Shown here one piece after another: positions 53,494 to 63,561 of a DNA stretch of 64,000 nt. The notes beneath the pieces are model-generated. The model worked only from the letters and a program-made list of their open reading frames with translations. It ran no database searches and was not told the origin of the DNA. Numbering within the stretch: the stretch's first letter is position 1; every line of letters begins with the position of its first letter. The translations under genes were made by a program, and so were the position numbers. Origin of the DNA: Candidatus Eiseniibacteriota bacterium (GTDB lineage Bacteria > Eisenbacteria > RBG-16-71-46). Location of the stretch: contig JBGAOA010000007.1 of NCBI GenBank assembly GCA_044222065.1, positions 6,462 through 70,461 on the forward strand. The letters are read 5' to 3'.

Positions 53494-55848
53494 ATGCTCG
53501 ACCGCGCGCGCCCTCCTGTTGGTCTGCTCGTCACCCTCGTGGTGGTCGGCTCACTCGGCCTGCTGCCGGCGCCGCTCGTCCGGGCCGAACCGAGCCCCGA
53601 ACGCGGCGTGCTCCAGACCGGTCCAGTCGCGATCGCGCGCACGACGGCCGAGATCATGGCCTCGACCGGCGATGAGGCCGCCGCGCCGCCGCGTCCGGCG
53701 CTCGTGATTCCGCGGCCCGGCGCCAACGCGATCGAACCTGCGCAGGCGGCCCTGGGTTCCGCGTCCGATCCCCTGGCACCGCTCTACCTCACTGGCCCCG
53801 CGGACCCGCCCGCGATCTTCTCGCCGCAGACGGTCGCGCTGGCGTTCAACGGAATGACGCGGGCCGAGATCACGAACTACGTGCCCGACGACATGGGCGC
53901 GGTCGGGCCGCAACAGTTCGTCGTGCACGTCTCGGGCCGCATCCGCACGTTCACGAAGTCCGGCGTCCCCGACGGCGTGCTCGACGTGACGACGGACGCA
54001 TTCTTCTCGTCCGTCCGCACGCCCGCCGGCGGGGGCGTCGCGTTCAGCACGACGATCGACCCGCGCATCCGATACGACCGCGCGACGGCGCGCTGGTTCC
54101 TGATCATGTCCGAAGCCACGTGTGCGGACGGCGCGTGTTCCCGGCTCACGCCCAATCGCCTGCTCGTCGCCGTGAGCGACGCCGCGAGTGCGGGGGTGAT
54201 CTCGCCCGCGACCGTGTGGAGGTTCTTCTACCTCTCCGCCGACGCCACGGCCTTCAGCGACACGCCCACGCTCGGTGTGGACGCGCTCGCGCTGTACGTC
54301 GGCGTGGACGCCTTTGGCGTGTCCCCGGCGAGTCCGGCCTATCTCGGTTCCAACGGCGTCGTGATCCGCAAGAGTTCCATCCTCGGTACGGGGCCGATCG
54401 TCTTCACTCGGTTCGAGGACATCACCGGCATCGTGGACGGTCCCTTGAATCCCGCCGGCGTGGACAACGCCGACCCGGCCGCGAACGAGGGCTATTTCAT
54501 CGGCCCGAGCCCGTTCAGTTTCGGTCGTCTGTGCCTGCGGCGAATCAGCGATCCGGGCGGAGTCCCGGCGATCTCCCCGACGATCGCGTTGACCGTTCCG
54601 GCGACTTCGCCTCCCTTGTCCGTCCCGTCCTTCGGAACGTCGACGCGGCTCGCTGCGGGCGACGACCGCCTCGCCGGCGCCACGATGCGCGACGGCGAAG
54701 TGTGGACCGCACACTGCATCGCGGTGAACGCGTCCGGCGTCGCGACCACGAGCACGAGCGTGGGGCGGGACGGGATCCGATGGTATGCGCTGACCGGCAT
54801 TCGCAGCGTGGACAACGGCGGAGTTCCCGCGGTCGTCCAGAGCGGGACGATCTTCGATCCGTCCGCCACGACGTCGAACGCGCGCCAGCACTGGAATCCT
54901 TCGCTCGCGCTGACCGGCCAGCGCCACGCGGCGTTCGGCTTCACGACCGCCGGCTCCCCGTACTTCGTGAACGCCGCGACCACGGGTCGGCTCGTCTGGG
55001 ACGCGCCCGGAACGACGCAGGCGCTCTCGCTGATCACGGCGAGTCCGGGCGCCTTCACTTCGGCGCTCAGCTCGTGGGGCAACTACTCCCACACGTCCGT
55101 GGACCCGCTCGACGACATGACGGTGTGGACGATCCAGCAGTACGCGACCGGGGCGGCGACGTGGGCGTGCCGCGTCGCGAAGTTGCTCGCACCGCCGCCC
55201 GCCACACTGTCGGACGTGCCCGCGGTCGCGGCCGGACACGCGTCCGTGAGCGTCATCGTGACGGGCATTTCGCTGGGTGGTTCGGCGTTCTTCGATCCCG
55301 GACCCAACCTGCCCGCGCCGGCGCTGCCGTACGCGCACGTGTCCGTGACGCTCGCGCCGAACGGATTCAGCGGTACGCCGCCGGTCGTGAACGCGGTCAC
55401 GGTGCTCGATCCCACGCACCTGCAGCTCGACCTCAACACCGTCGGAGCGACGCCGTCCGACACGAGTTCGGCGTACGACGTGACGGTGACGAACCCCGAC
55501 GGACAGTCGGTGATCGGCGCGGCGCTCTTGAAGGTGCTGCCGCCATCGAGCGATGTGGGGGGCGATCGCGCGCTCGCGACCGGCCTGCGCGGGGTTTCGC
55601 CCAATCCCGCGCACGGCGACATCCACGTCGCGTTCGCGCTCGAGCGTGCGGCGCGCGTGCGGGTGAGCGTGCTGGACGTGCAGGGCCGCGAGGTCGCCGT
55701 GCTCGACGACGGCGCGCGCAACGCGGGCGAGCACGCTGCGCGCTGGGACGGACGCCGCGGCGGAGCGCGCGTCGCGGCCGGCGTGTACTTCGTGCGCTTC
55801 GTCGCGGACGGCCTCGAGCAGCAGCGCCGACTCGTCGTGGCGCACTGA
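53494..55848 (+). CDS. Large secreted hypothetical protein (784 aa) with a Por-secretion-tail-like C-terminal domain
   Basis: GAGGAG RBS. Signal peptide MLDRARPPVGLLVTLVVVGSLGLLPAPLVRA. C-terminal tail PNPAHGDIHVAFAL...VSVLDVQGREVAVL...WDGRRGGARVAAGVYFVRFVADG...RLVVAH. Confidence 0.7.
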   Translation: MLDRARPPVGLLVTLVVVGSLGLLPAPLVRAEPSPERGVLQTGPVAIARTTAEIMASTGDEAAAPPRPALVIPRPGANAIEPAQAALGSASDPLAPLYLTGPADPPAIFSPQTVALAFNGMTRAEITNYVPDDMGAVGPQQFVVHVSGRIRTFTKSGVPDGVLDVTTDAFFSSVRTPAGGGVAFSTTIDPRIRYDRATARWFLIMSEATCADGACSRLTPNRLLVAVSDAASAGVISPATVWRFFYLSADATAFSDTPTLGVDALALYVGVDAFGVSPASPAYLGSNGVVIRKSSILGTGPIVFTRFEDITGIVDGPLNPAGVDNADPAANEGYFIGPSPFSFGRLCLRRISDPGGVPAISPTIALTVPATSPPLSVPSFGTSTRLAAGDDRLAGATMRDGEVWTAHCIAVNASGVATTSTSVGRDGIRWYALTGIRSVDNGGVPAVVQSGTIFDPSATTSNARQHWNPSLALTGQRHAAFGFTTAGSPYFVNAATTGRLVWDAPGTTQALSLITASPGAFTSALSSWGNYSHTSVDPLDDMTVWTIQQYATGAATWACRVAKLLAPPPATLSDVPAVAAGHASVSVIVTGISLGGSAFFDPGPNLPAPALPYAHVSVTLAPNGFSGTPPVVNAVTVLDPTHLQLDLNTVGATPSDTSSAYDVTVTNPDGQSVIGAALLKVLPPSSDVGGDRALATGLRGVSPNPAHGDIHVAFALERAARVRVSVLDVQGREVAVLDDGARNAGEHAARWDGRRGGARVAAGVYFVRFVADGLEQQRRLVVAH

Positions 55849-55864
55849 TCCCCGCGGCCGGCGG

Positions 55865-57322
55865 TCACGGCATCGGCCGCGGGTCGAAGAACGCGTCCTC
55901 GGGGGCGCCCGGGTGCGGACGCGAAGGATCGGCGCCGGCGCGCGCGCGCAGCGCCTGGTACTCGTCCTTCGTCACCCACAGAGTGCTCCGGTGGGTCCAC
56001 CACGCGGTGAAGTCCGGGAAGTTCGAGAACATCGGCGGTTCGAGCACCCCCGGGCGCGCGCGCGAGGGCGCGAGCGCCGCACGCATCTCGCGCGCGCGTC
56101 GCTCGAGCTCGCGCGACTCGGTCGCGGCCTGCTTGAGCGCCGGCGCGAGCGACGGCGCGAGCAGCAGCGCCGCCGCGCCGAGGCGCGCGCGCGGCGTGCG
56201 CGCCCACGACGGCAGGTGCTGCCACAGCCACGCGAGGCCCGCCGCGGCGAGCACCGCGAGCGGCGCGAGAAACGGCGCGACGTAGCGTTCGTCGAACAGC
56301 GTCACCGTCTGAAGCGCGACCGACAGCGCGAGCAGCGCGGCCGAGAGCGCGACGAACGGCCGCGCCGCGCGGTCGCGGAACGCGCCGAGCGCGCCGATCA
56401 CGACGAGCCAGCCCGTGCCGCCGCTCGGCGACATCAGCACGCGCTTCACCGCGTGGGGGAAGAGCACGGGCCACTTCGTCGCGGCGAGGTGCGGCAGCTC
56501 GGCGCTCAGCACGCCGGGCCAGCGCGCCGGGGTGAGCGCGAAGTCGCGCATCGGCGACAGCTCGGGGTGCGAGGGCTGGTAGCCGATCATCATGTAGGCC
56601 GAGAGGTTGAAGAACGGATTGCCCGTCGCGAGCGCGTGGTGCGCCCACCACGGCAGCATCGTCGCGACGAACCCGGCGAGCGTGCGCGGCGCGCCGCGTC
56701 CCGCCGCGATCGCGACGAGCGGCGCGACGAACAGCCCTTCCGCGCGCACGAGGCCGAAGAGCCCGAGCGCGAATCCCGCCGCGAGCGGACGCGGGGCGTC
56801 GCGCAGCAGCAGGTCGAGCGCCGCGGCGAGCAGTGCGGCGCCCATCACGATCGACAGGTCGTGGTGCACGCTCGCGAGCAGCAGCGGCGAACCCGTCCAC
56901 AGCAGCGCCGCGACGAGTCCGGTCGCGGCGCCGAAGCGTCGCGCCGCGAGCCGGAACGCGAGCCGCGCGCCGTACACCGCGAACGCGGCGGCGACGAAGC
57001 GGCCCGCGAACGGCGCGGAATCGCCGAGCACGGCGACGAACGGCAGCAGCGCGAGCGAGGGGAGCGGGCCGTGCACGAGCACCGGCACCGTGAGCGCGGC
57101 GTCGCGCAGCCCCCAGAGCGGCGGGTGGATCGCGCTCGTGCGGAACACGCGGCCGGCGAGCAGCTCGCGCGCGGCGAGCGCGTACTCCCACAGGTCGTCG
57201 AGCGGGGAGGGCGCGCCGACGCGCAGCACGAGCAGCACGACCGCCCAGTAGGCGATCGCGACCGCGGTCACGGCGAGCAGCGCGCGCTGCGTCGTGCGAT
57301 CGGGGAACTCGGGCGCGGACAC
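55865..57322 (-). CDS. Polytopic integral membrane protein, possibly a GT-C-type glycosyltransferase or DUF2029-like
   Basis: At least 10 predicted TM helices. Ala/Leu-rich. No soluble catalytic motifs recognised. Confidence 0.55.
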   Translation of the reverse strand: MSAPEFPDRTTQRALLAVTAVAIAYWAVVLLVLRVGAPSPLDDLWEYALAARELLAGRVFRTSAIHPPLWGLRDAALTVPVLVHGPLPSLALLPFVAVLGDSAPFAGRFVAAAFAVYGARLAFRLAARRFGAATGLVAALLWTGSPLLLASVHHDLSIVMGAALLAAALDLLLRDAPRPLAAGFALGLFGLVRAEGLFVAPLVAIAAGRGAPRTLAGFVATMLPWWAHHALATGNPFFNLSAYMMIGYQPSHPELSPMRDFALTPARWPGVLSAELPHLAATKWPVLFPHAVKRVLMSPSGGTGWLVVIGALGAFRDRAARPFVALSAALLALSVALQTVTLFDERYVAPFLAPLAVLAAAGLAWLWQHLPSWARTPRARLGAAALLLAPSLAPALKQAATESRELERRAREMRAALAPSRARPGVLEPPMFSNFPDFTAWWTHRSTLWVTKDEYQALRARAGADPSRPHPGAPEDAFFDPRPMP

Positions 57323-57391
57323 GGCGCGCGACTGTGCCTGTCCGTGGACAGCGGGTCAACGCTCCCGCTGTGCTAGCGTGTCCGGCCTTCC

Positions 57392-58654
57392 ATGAAGCTC
57401 CACGGGTCGCGAATGAAAGCGGTCGTCCTCCAGAGCGACGACTGGGGGCTGTGCGCGTGGTCGCCCGACGCCGAGTCGTGGCGCGCGCTGCGCGAGACGC
57501 CCGCGTACCAGAGTGCGCCCGGCCGCCGCTACGGCGGTTCCACGCTCGAGAGCGCGGACGACGTTCGCGCGCTCGCCGACCTGCTGCTGTCGTTCCGCGG
57601 CGGCGACGGGTTCCCGCCCGTGCTGCAGGCGAACACGGTGCTCGCGAACCCGGACTACGACCGGCTCGCGGCCGCGGGCTTCGAGGGCGACGACGTGCCC
57701 GCGGTCGAACTGCCCGCGTTGCCGTCGCGCTGGAGCCGGCCGCGGCTCTGGGAGCAGCTCACGATCGCGCGGCTCTCGGGCGTGTGGTGGCCGGAGCTGC
57801 ACGGCTACCACCACGCGCCCGCGGCGACGTGGCTCGAGGCGATGCGCCGCGGCGACTCGGACGCGCTGATCGCGTTCGAGCACCAGGTGATGGTGTGCGC
57901 CGCCGTCGAGGCGAGCGGCGAGTTCGATCCGGCCGAGCCCGAGGCCGCGCGCACGCGCCGCCTCGAGCGCGCGGTCGCGCGCTTCCGCGAACTGTTCGGC
58001 CGCAGTCCCGGTTCGTTCTGCCCGCCCGACTACCGCTGGGACGAGCGGCTCGAGGCCGACGCCGAGCGGCTCGGCGTCACGGCGTTCCAGGGCAAGAACG
58101 AGCAGCACGGCGCGCGGCAGGGCCGCGTGTCGCGCCTCGTGCTCGGCCCGTCGGGCGCGCGCTCGGCCGGCGCGCGCTTCTACCTGCCCGCGCGCATCGC
58201 GTTCGAGCCGTCGCTCGGCGGGCCGTCGGGGGCGCGCGTGGACGTGGACGCGGTCGTGCGCGCGGTGCGCGCCGCGTGGTCGCGCGGCCGGCCCGCGGTC
58301 GTGAGCACGCACCGCCTGAACTTCGTGCACCTCGACGACAACCTCGTCGCCCACGGCCGCGCGCGCCTGCGCGCGCTGCTCGGCCGGCTGTGCGAGGAGG
58401 GCGCGGTGTTCCTCGTGGACCGCGAGCTGCGCGAGCTTCTCGAGCGCGGCTGGTCCGCGCGCGAGATCGGCGAGCGCGGCGTGCTCGTCCGGCGGCTCGA
58501 GGGCGGCCCGGAGTCGCTCGCGATTCCGGCGCCCGCGGGGGCCGCGAACGTGCGCGTGCGCGAAGGGCGGCTCGAGTCGCTGGCGTTCGAAGACGGCGCC
58601 GCGCGCGTGCGGCTCGCCGAGCACGAGGTGCTGCTCGAATGGGAGCGCGCGTGA
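57392..58654 (+). CDS. Hypothetical protein (420 aa)
   Basis: ATG at 57392, with an alternative at 57413 (MKAVVLQS). A coding-type ORF that is translationally coupled to the downstream methyltransferase. Confidence 0.55.
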   Translation: MKLHGSRMKAVVLQSDDWGLCAWSPDAESWRALRETPAYQSAPGRRYGGSTLESADDVRALADLLLSFRGGDGFPPVLQANTVLANPDYDRLAAAGFEGDDVPAVELPALPSRWSRPRLWEQLTIARLSGVWWPELHGYHHAPAATWLEAMRRGDSDALIAFEHQVMVCAAVEASGEFDPAEPEAARTRRLERAVARFRELFGRSPGSFCPPDYRWDERLEADAERLGVTAFQGKNEQHGARQGRVSRLVLGPSGARSAGARFYLPARIAFEPSLGGPSGARVDVDAVVRAVRAAWSRGRPAVVSTHRLNFVHLDDNLVAHGRARLRALLGRLCEEGAVFLVDRELRELLERGWSAREIGERGVLVRRLEGGPESLAIPAPAGAANVRVREGRLESLAFEDGAARVRLAEHEVLLEWERA

Positions 58655-59391
58655 GCTGGCTGCGCCGCCAGCAGCTCCGTCCCGCCTCGAAGTGGGCGGT
58701 GTGGCGCTACAACTGGATCGCGAACGCGGCGATCCTCTCGGCGCTCGAGCGCGTCGCGCCGCACGCGCGCGGCGCGCTGCTCGACATCGGCTGCGGTCGG
58801 CGGCCGTTCGAGTCCGCGTTCCGCGGACGGCTCACGCGCTACTGGGGCGTGGACCTGCCGGGCTCGCGCGACATCGTGGGCCGCGCGCCGGACGCGTTCG
58901 CGGTCGGTGAGGCGCTGCCGATCCGCTCGGGCTCGATGGACACGGTGATCGGGCTGTCGCTGCTCAACTACCTCGCCGAGCCGGCGCTCACGCTCGCCGA
59001 GGCTCAGCGCGTGCTCAAGCCCGGAGGGGTCGCGATCTTCGAGTTCCCGCAGAGCATGCCGCTCGACCCGCATTCGCCGGACTACTACCGCTTCACGAAG
59101 TTCGCGGCCGCGCGGCTCCTCGAACAGGCCGGCTTCGAGGTCGTCGAACGGCTGCCGATCGGCGGGCTGTGGCGCCGCGTGGGGATGTCGGTGATCCGCG
59201 GGCTCAACCGCCTCAACCGCGGCCCAACGCGCGTGCTGACCGAGCTGCCGGTGCGGGCGCTCTACGTGGTCCTGCAATCGTGGTACGCGCTCCTCGACCG
59301 GCTGTTCTTCGAGGATTCCGAGGCGCTCAGCCACCTCGTCGTCGCCCGCAAGCGTTCGCCGGCGGGCGAGGGGCCGCGATTCGGCCGTTGA
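58651..59391 (+). CDS. Class I SAM-dependent methyltransferase
   Basis: GTG overlaps the upstream stop. Motif I LLDIGCGRRP and post-I/II segments VLKPGGVAIF. Confidence 0.78.
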   Translation: MSWLRRQQLRPASKWAVWRYNWIANAAILSALERVAPHARGALLDIGCGRRPFESAFRGRLTRYWGVDLPGSRDIVGRAPDAFAVGEALPIRSGSMDTVIGLSLLNYLAEPALTLAEAQRVLKPGGVAIFEFPQSMPLDPHSPDYYRFTKFAAARLLEQAGFEVVERLPIGGLWRRVGMSVIRGLNRLNRGPTRVLTELPVRALYVVLQSWYALLDRLFFEDSEALSHLVVARKRSPAGEGPRFGR

Positions 59392-59424
59392 CGCAATTTC
59401 GAACGCTTTGTTAGCGTCTCCGCC

Positions 59425-61173
59425 GTGACGTCCACGACCTCCCCGTCCGCGCCGGGCCCAGCGGTGCGCGTCATCCCGCAGCTCGTCGCGTTCGCGGCCC
59501 GCCAGTACGGGGACACGCCGTTCCTGCTGCGTTCGACGCCCGAGGGCTGGCAGGGCCTGAGCTTCGCCGCCGCCGCCGCCGCCACGCACTCGTTCCGCGC
59601 GTTGCTCGAATCGCTCGGCGTCCGCCGCGGCGACCGCGTCGGGCTCCAGTCCGAGAACCGTCCCGAGTGGGGCGTCGCCTACCTCGCGATCCTCGAGGCC
59701 GGCGCCGTCGTCGTTCCGCTCGATGCGCAGCTCAAGGCGCAGGAGGCGGGCGAGATCCTCGCGACCGCGGGCGCCGAAGTCGCCGTCGCCTCGGCGCGGC
59801 AGATGCCGGTCATGAAGCAGGTGATCGAGAAGCGGCTGCCGTCGCTCAAGCTCGTCTCGCTCGATCCCGCCGACGAGCTGCCGAACTTCAAGCAGGCGCT
59901 CGAGCGCTTCCCGAACGAGAGCGCGAAGGATCCCGGGGGAGCCGCGACCGACCTCGCGGTGCTGATCTTCACTTCGGGCACGACGGGCCAGGCGAAGGGC
60001 GTCATGCTCTCGCACCAGAACATCCTCACGAACGTCGAAGGCGTCGCGCGCACGATCGAGGTCCATCCGGGCGACCGGTTCCTCTCGGTGCTGCCGCTCC
60101 ATCACACGTTCGAATCCACGATCGGCTTCCTCGCTCCGATGCGCACGGGCAGCACGGTCTGCTACGCGCGCGGCCTCGACTCGAAGCAGCTGCGCGAGGA
60201 CATGGCGACGTCGCAGGCGACGATCTTCATCGCCGTCCCGCTGCTCTACGAGAAGCTGCTCACCGCGATTCATCGCGGGGTCGAGTCGCTGCCGCTCGCG
60301 CGCCGGCTGTTCGTGAAGTCGCTGTTCTTCGCATCGCGCTGGACGCGACGCCTCACCGGCCAGCGCATCGGGCACAAGCTGCTCCGACCCGTGCGCGAGA
60401 AGGCGGGCATCGGCAAGGTGCGCCTGTTCGCGACCGGCGCCGCCGCGATCGCGGAAGAGGTCTTCTGGGGCTACATCGACCTCGGCATTCCGCTCGTCGA
60501 AGGCTACGGCCTCACCGAGACCTCGCCGGTCGTCGCGCTCAACACGCCGCGCCGTCCGAACCCGGGCGCCGTCGGCTGGCCGCTCGTCGGCGTCGAGGTG
60601 CGGATCGACCATCCGGACGGCGAGGGCAACGGCGAGATCCTCGTGCGCGGGCCGAACGTCATGCTCGGCTACTACGGGAATCCCGAGGCGACCGCCGAGG
60701 TGATGCGCGACGGCTGGTTCTGCACCGGCGATCTCGGCCGCATGGTCGGCGACGGCCGGCTCAAGATCACGGGCCGGCTCAAGAACATGATCGCGACCGC
60801 GGCCGGCAAGAAGATCTACCCGGAGGAGGTCGAGGCGCAGCTCGCGAACAGCCCCTACATCCTCGAGGTCGTGGTCGCGGGCGGCAGCGATCCGCGCGGC
60901 GAGCGCGAGGAAGTGCACGCGCACATCTACCCGAACGTGCCCGAGCTCGAGCTGCTCGCGAGGGCGACCGGTAAGACGTGCGACGACGCGTTCGTCGAAG
61001 CGACGTTGCGCGCCGACGTCGAGGCGCGCTGCGAGCACCTCGCCACCTACAAGCGGGTGAAGCGCGTGATCCTCCGCAAGGAGGAGTTCCCGAAGACGAC
61101 GACCGGCAAGATCCGCAGGCAGGCGTTCAACGCCGTCGCGAGCGCCGAGAAGAAGGCGGGCGCGGTCGCCTGA
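59425..61173 (+). CDS. Long-chain acyl-CoA synthetase (AMP-binding enzyme, FadD-like)
   Basis: AMP-binding motif IFTSGTTGQAKGVMLSHQN, plus GYGLTETS, GWFCTGDLG and the C-terminal PKTTTGKIRR lysine motif. Confidence 0.88.
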   Translation: MTSTTSPSAPGPAVRVIPQLVAFAARQYGDTPFLLRSTPEGWQGLSFAAAAAATHSFRALLESLGVRRGDRVGLQSENRPEWGVAYLAILEAGAVVVPLDAQLKAQEAGEILATAGAEVAVASARQMPVMKQVIEKRLPSLKLVSLDPADELPNFKQALERFPNESAKDPGGAATDLAVLIFTSGTTGQAKGVMLSHQNILTNVEGVARTIEVHPGDRFLSVLPLHHTFESTIGFLAPMRTGSTVCYARGLDSKQLREDMATSQATIFIAVPLLYEKLLTAIHRGVESLPLARRLFVKSLFFASRWTRRLTGQRIGHKLLRPVREKAGIGKVRLFATGAAAIAEEVFWGYIDLGIPLVEGYGLTETSPVVALNTPRRPNPGAVGWPLVGVEVRIDHPDGEGNGEILVRGPNVMLGYYGNPEATAEVMRDGWFCTGDLGRMVGDGRLKITGRLKNMIATAAGKKIYPEEVEAQLANSPYILEVVVAGGSDPRGEREEVHAHIYPNVPELELLARATGKTCDDAFVEATLRADVEARCEHLATYKRVKRVILRKEEFPKTTTGKIRRQAFNAVASAEKKAGAVA

Positions 61174-61195
61174 CGTCGCGCCGCGACGCGGCCGG

Positions 61196-61570
61196 CTACT
61201 TCAGCTCGGCGTGGTAGACGATCGCGTCGTCGGCTTCGATCTGGATCCGGTGACGCTGCGCCATCGGGCCGGCCGACACGGTGCCGCCTTCCCAGTGGCG
61301 CTCGCCCATCAGGTCGGCGTACTCCCACGTCAGCCCGATCTCGCCGAGGCCCGTCGCTTCGAATTCGATCGTGCGCGCCTCGCCCTTCGCGAGCGCCTCG
61401 CACGCCATGCGGTGCCCCGCCACGGCGACGCGGATGCGTTCCATGTCGTGGTCGGTGGCGTTCACGATGACGACTTCGCTCGGCGACTTCGGGTGCAGCA
61501 CGTCTTCGTAGTGGTGGTAGCCGTACCAGACCGCGTATCCGAGCAGGACGAGCAGCAACAGCTTGCGCAT
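61196..61570 (-). CDS. Small hypothetical secreted or membrane-anchored protein
   Basis: N-terminal hydrophobic segment MRKLLLLVLLGYAVWYGY. 124 aa. Confidence 0.5.
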   Translation of the reverse strand: MRKLLLLVLLGYAVWYGYHHYEDVLHPKSPSEVVIVNATDHDMERIRVAVAGHRMACEALAKGEARTIEFEATGLGEIGLTWEYADLMGERHWEGGTVSAGPMAQRHRIQIEADDAIVYHAELK

Positions 61571-61655
61571 GGACCCTCCCGTGCTCCGGGGGTCATCGGC
61601 AGGTACGCCCGGGCGCTTGAGTCCGCATCCGGGCCGCCCGCGGGCGCCGCGAACG

Positions 61656-62951
61656 CTAGTCGGCGAGCGGGCCGTCGCCGACGAGCCCCTTCGCCTCTTC
61701 GCTCAGACGCGGATCGGTCGGGTACTCGGGGAGGTTCCGGAACGAGAGGTAGAACAGCAGCGCGGCCGAGGCGTAGAGCGTCGCCGTCAGGTAGAACGGC
61801 ACGGCGTAGCCCCAGTGCTGGATCACGACGCCCGCGAGCGAGGCGCTGATCGCCCAGCCGACGTTCCACACCAGGTTGTTGACGCTGCTCGATCGCGCGC
61901 GCAACGCCGGCGGCAGCGCCTCCATGACGAAGTTCTGGAGCAGCGGCGTCGCGGCCTGCATGAGCGTCGCGCGCAGGAGGAACGATCCGACGGCGACGCC
62001 GAGGTGGCGCTCGTGCCCGAGCGTGACGAGGAACGGCAACGACAGCACCTGCGAGGCGACGGCCGTGCGCATCTTGCCGAAGCGGCGCGCGAGCGCGGGG
62101 CCGAGCAGCGACGCGAGCGCCGTGACGATTGCGGCGACCGAGAAGTACAGGCCGATGTCGGCGCTCGAGCGGTGGAAGCGCTCGGAGAAGTACAGGTTCA
62201 TGAACGGGATCACGAGTCCGGCGCCGCTCCCGATCAGCAGGAAGTTGAGCGCGATCGGGACGAGGCGGCGGTGCGCGCCGGGCGGCAGCGACTCGCGTTC
62301 GGTGCGCAGCGCCGCTTCCTTCAGGCCGCGCAGCCTCGCGAGCGGCACGAGGCCCGCGATCGAGCAGCTGCCGGCGAGCAGCAGCGCGATGCGGTAGGCG
62401 ACGAGCCGCGACGGCCGGAACTCGGCCGGGAGGGCGAGCAGCAGCGCGGGCAGCGCGCCGCCCGCGGCGCTCCCGACGACGCCGGCGATGAGTGCCATCG
62501 CAAAGAACGTCGAGAACAGGTGCGTGCGCTCCTTGGGCGTCGAGTGCTCGGTGATGAACGGCATCGCGGCGATCTGGAACAGCGACTGCCCGGCGCCGGC
62601 GACGAAGCTGCCGCCGAGGATCAGCGCCGGCGAGAGCGCGGTCGCGCGCACGAGCAGGCCGGCGCCCTCGACGAGCGCGCCGAGCATGAGGCAGCGCCGC
62701 CGTCCCCAGCGCTCCGCGAGCACGCCCGCCGGGATCGCGAACAGCGCGAGCCCGAGTCCCGTCATCGAGAGCGTGTTCCCGACGAACGACTCGCGGAAGC
62801 CGCCGTCCACGAGATAGAGGTTGAAGAGCACCGACTGCACGCCGTGGCCGGCCCACACGAGGAACTCGGCGAGCAGGTAGAGGCGCGCCGCGCGCGAGAA
62901 CGAGCGAGCGGCCTCGCGGTACTCGGTGAACGCGACCCTCAGCGCCTTCAC
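61656..62951 (-). CDS. Major facilitator superfamily transporter
   Basis: Twelve TM segments. MFS motif A-like LAERWGRRRCLMLG. Confidence 0.85.
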   Translation of the reverse strand: MKALRVAFTEYREAARSFSRAARLYLLAEFLVWAGHGVQSVLFNLYLVDGGFRESFVGNTLSMTGLGLALFAIPAGVLAERWGRRRCLMLGALVEGAGLLVRATALSPALILGGSFVAGAGQSLFQIAAMPFITEHSTPKERTHLFSTFFAMALIAGVVGSAAGGALPALLLALPAEFRPSRLVAYRIALLLAGSCSIAGLVPLARLRGLKEAALRTERESLPPGAHRRLVPIALNFLLIGSGAGLVIPFMNLYFSERFHRSSADIGLYFSVAAIVTALASLLGPALARRFGKMRTAVASQVLSLPFLVTLGHERHLGVAVGSFLLRATLMQAATPLLQNFVMEALPPALRARSSSVNNLVWNVGWAISASLAGVVIQHWGYAVPFYLTATLYASAALLFYLSFRNLPEYPTDPRLSEEAKGLVGDGPLAD

Positions 62952-63082
62952 GAAGGCTCCTTCCTCGTTCCGGGCGTGCGAAACGCGGAACGGCGGCCCG
63001 CGAGCGGGCCGCCGTCCGCGCGTTCCTTCCGGGTGCTAGACCGCTTCCGCCGTCGCGACGACCGCGTCGGTGGAGTCGCTCT

Positions 63083-63511
63083 TCACTCCGTGTGCTCACC
63101 GTACGTCACGCGCACGGAACCTTCGAGACACAGCAGCAGCTCTTCGCCGTGGTGATAGTGACGCTTGTCGCCGCCCGACATTCCGGGCGGCAGCTCGGCG
63201 AGCAGCATCTCGAGGTTGCGCTTCGGGTGGGCCGAGAGGACCTCGACCTTGGACGTGTTTCCGCCCACGTTCACGCGCGGCCTGTCGTTCGCGCGCACGA
63301 CGTAGGGCACCTGCTCTTCCTCGACGACCAGATACGCCACCGACGTGTTCAGCGCGTTGGCGAGGTCCTTGAGGGTGGTCAGCGAAGGGGACGTCCGGTC
63401 GTTTTCGACCTGACTGATGAAGCCCTTGGACAGCCCGCTGGCCGTGGCCAGCTGCTGCACCGTGAGTCCCCGTCGCAACCGGAGATCGCGAATCTTCCTT
63501 CCGAGTTGCAT
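63083..63511 (-). CDS. XRE-family HTH transcriptional regulator with a C-terminal cupin domain
   Basis: HTH LTVQQLATASGLSKGFISQVENDRTSPSLTTL. C-terminal cupin His motifs (HYHHGEELLLCLEG). Confidence 0.8.
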   Translation of the reverse strand: MQLGRKIRDLRLRRGLTVQQLATASGLSKGFISQVENDRTSPSLTTLKDLANALNTSVAYLVVEEEQVPYVVRANDRPRVNVGGNTSKVEVLSAHPKRNLEMLLAELPPGMSGGDKRHYHHGEELLLCLEGSVRVTYGEHTE

Positions 63512-63561
63512 GGCCGCCTCCGTGGGGAGAGGTTGGCGACGGTGAACAGAGTTGAGAAATG

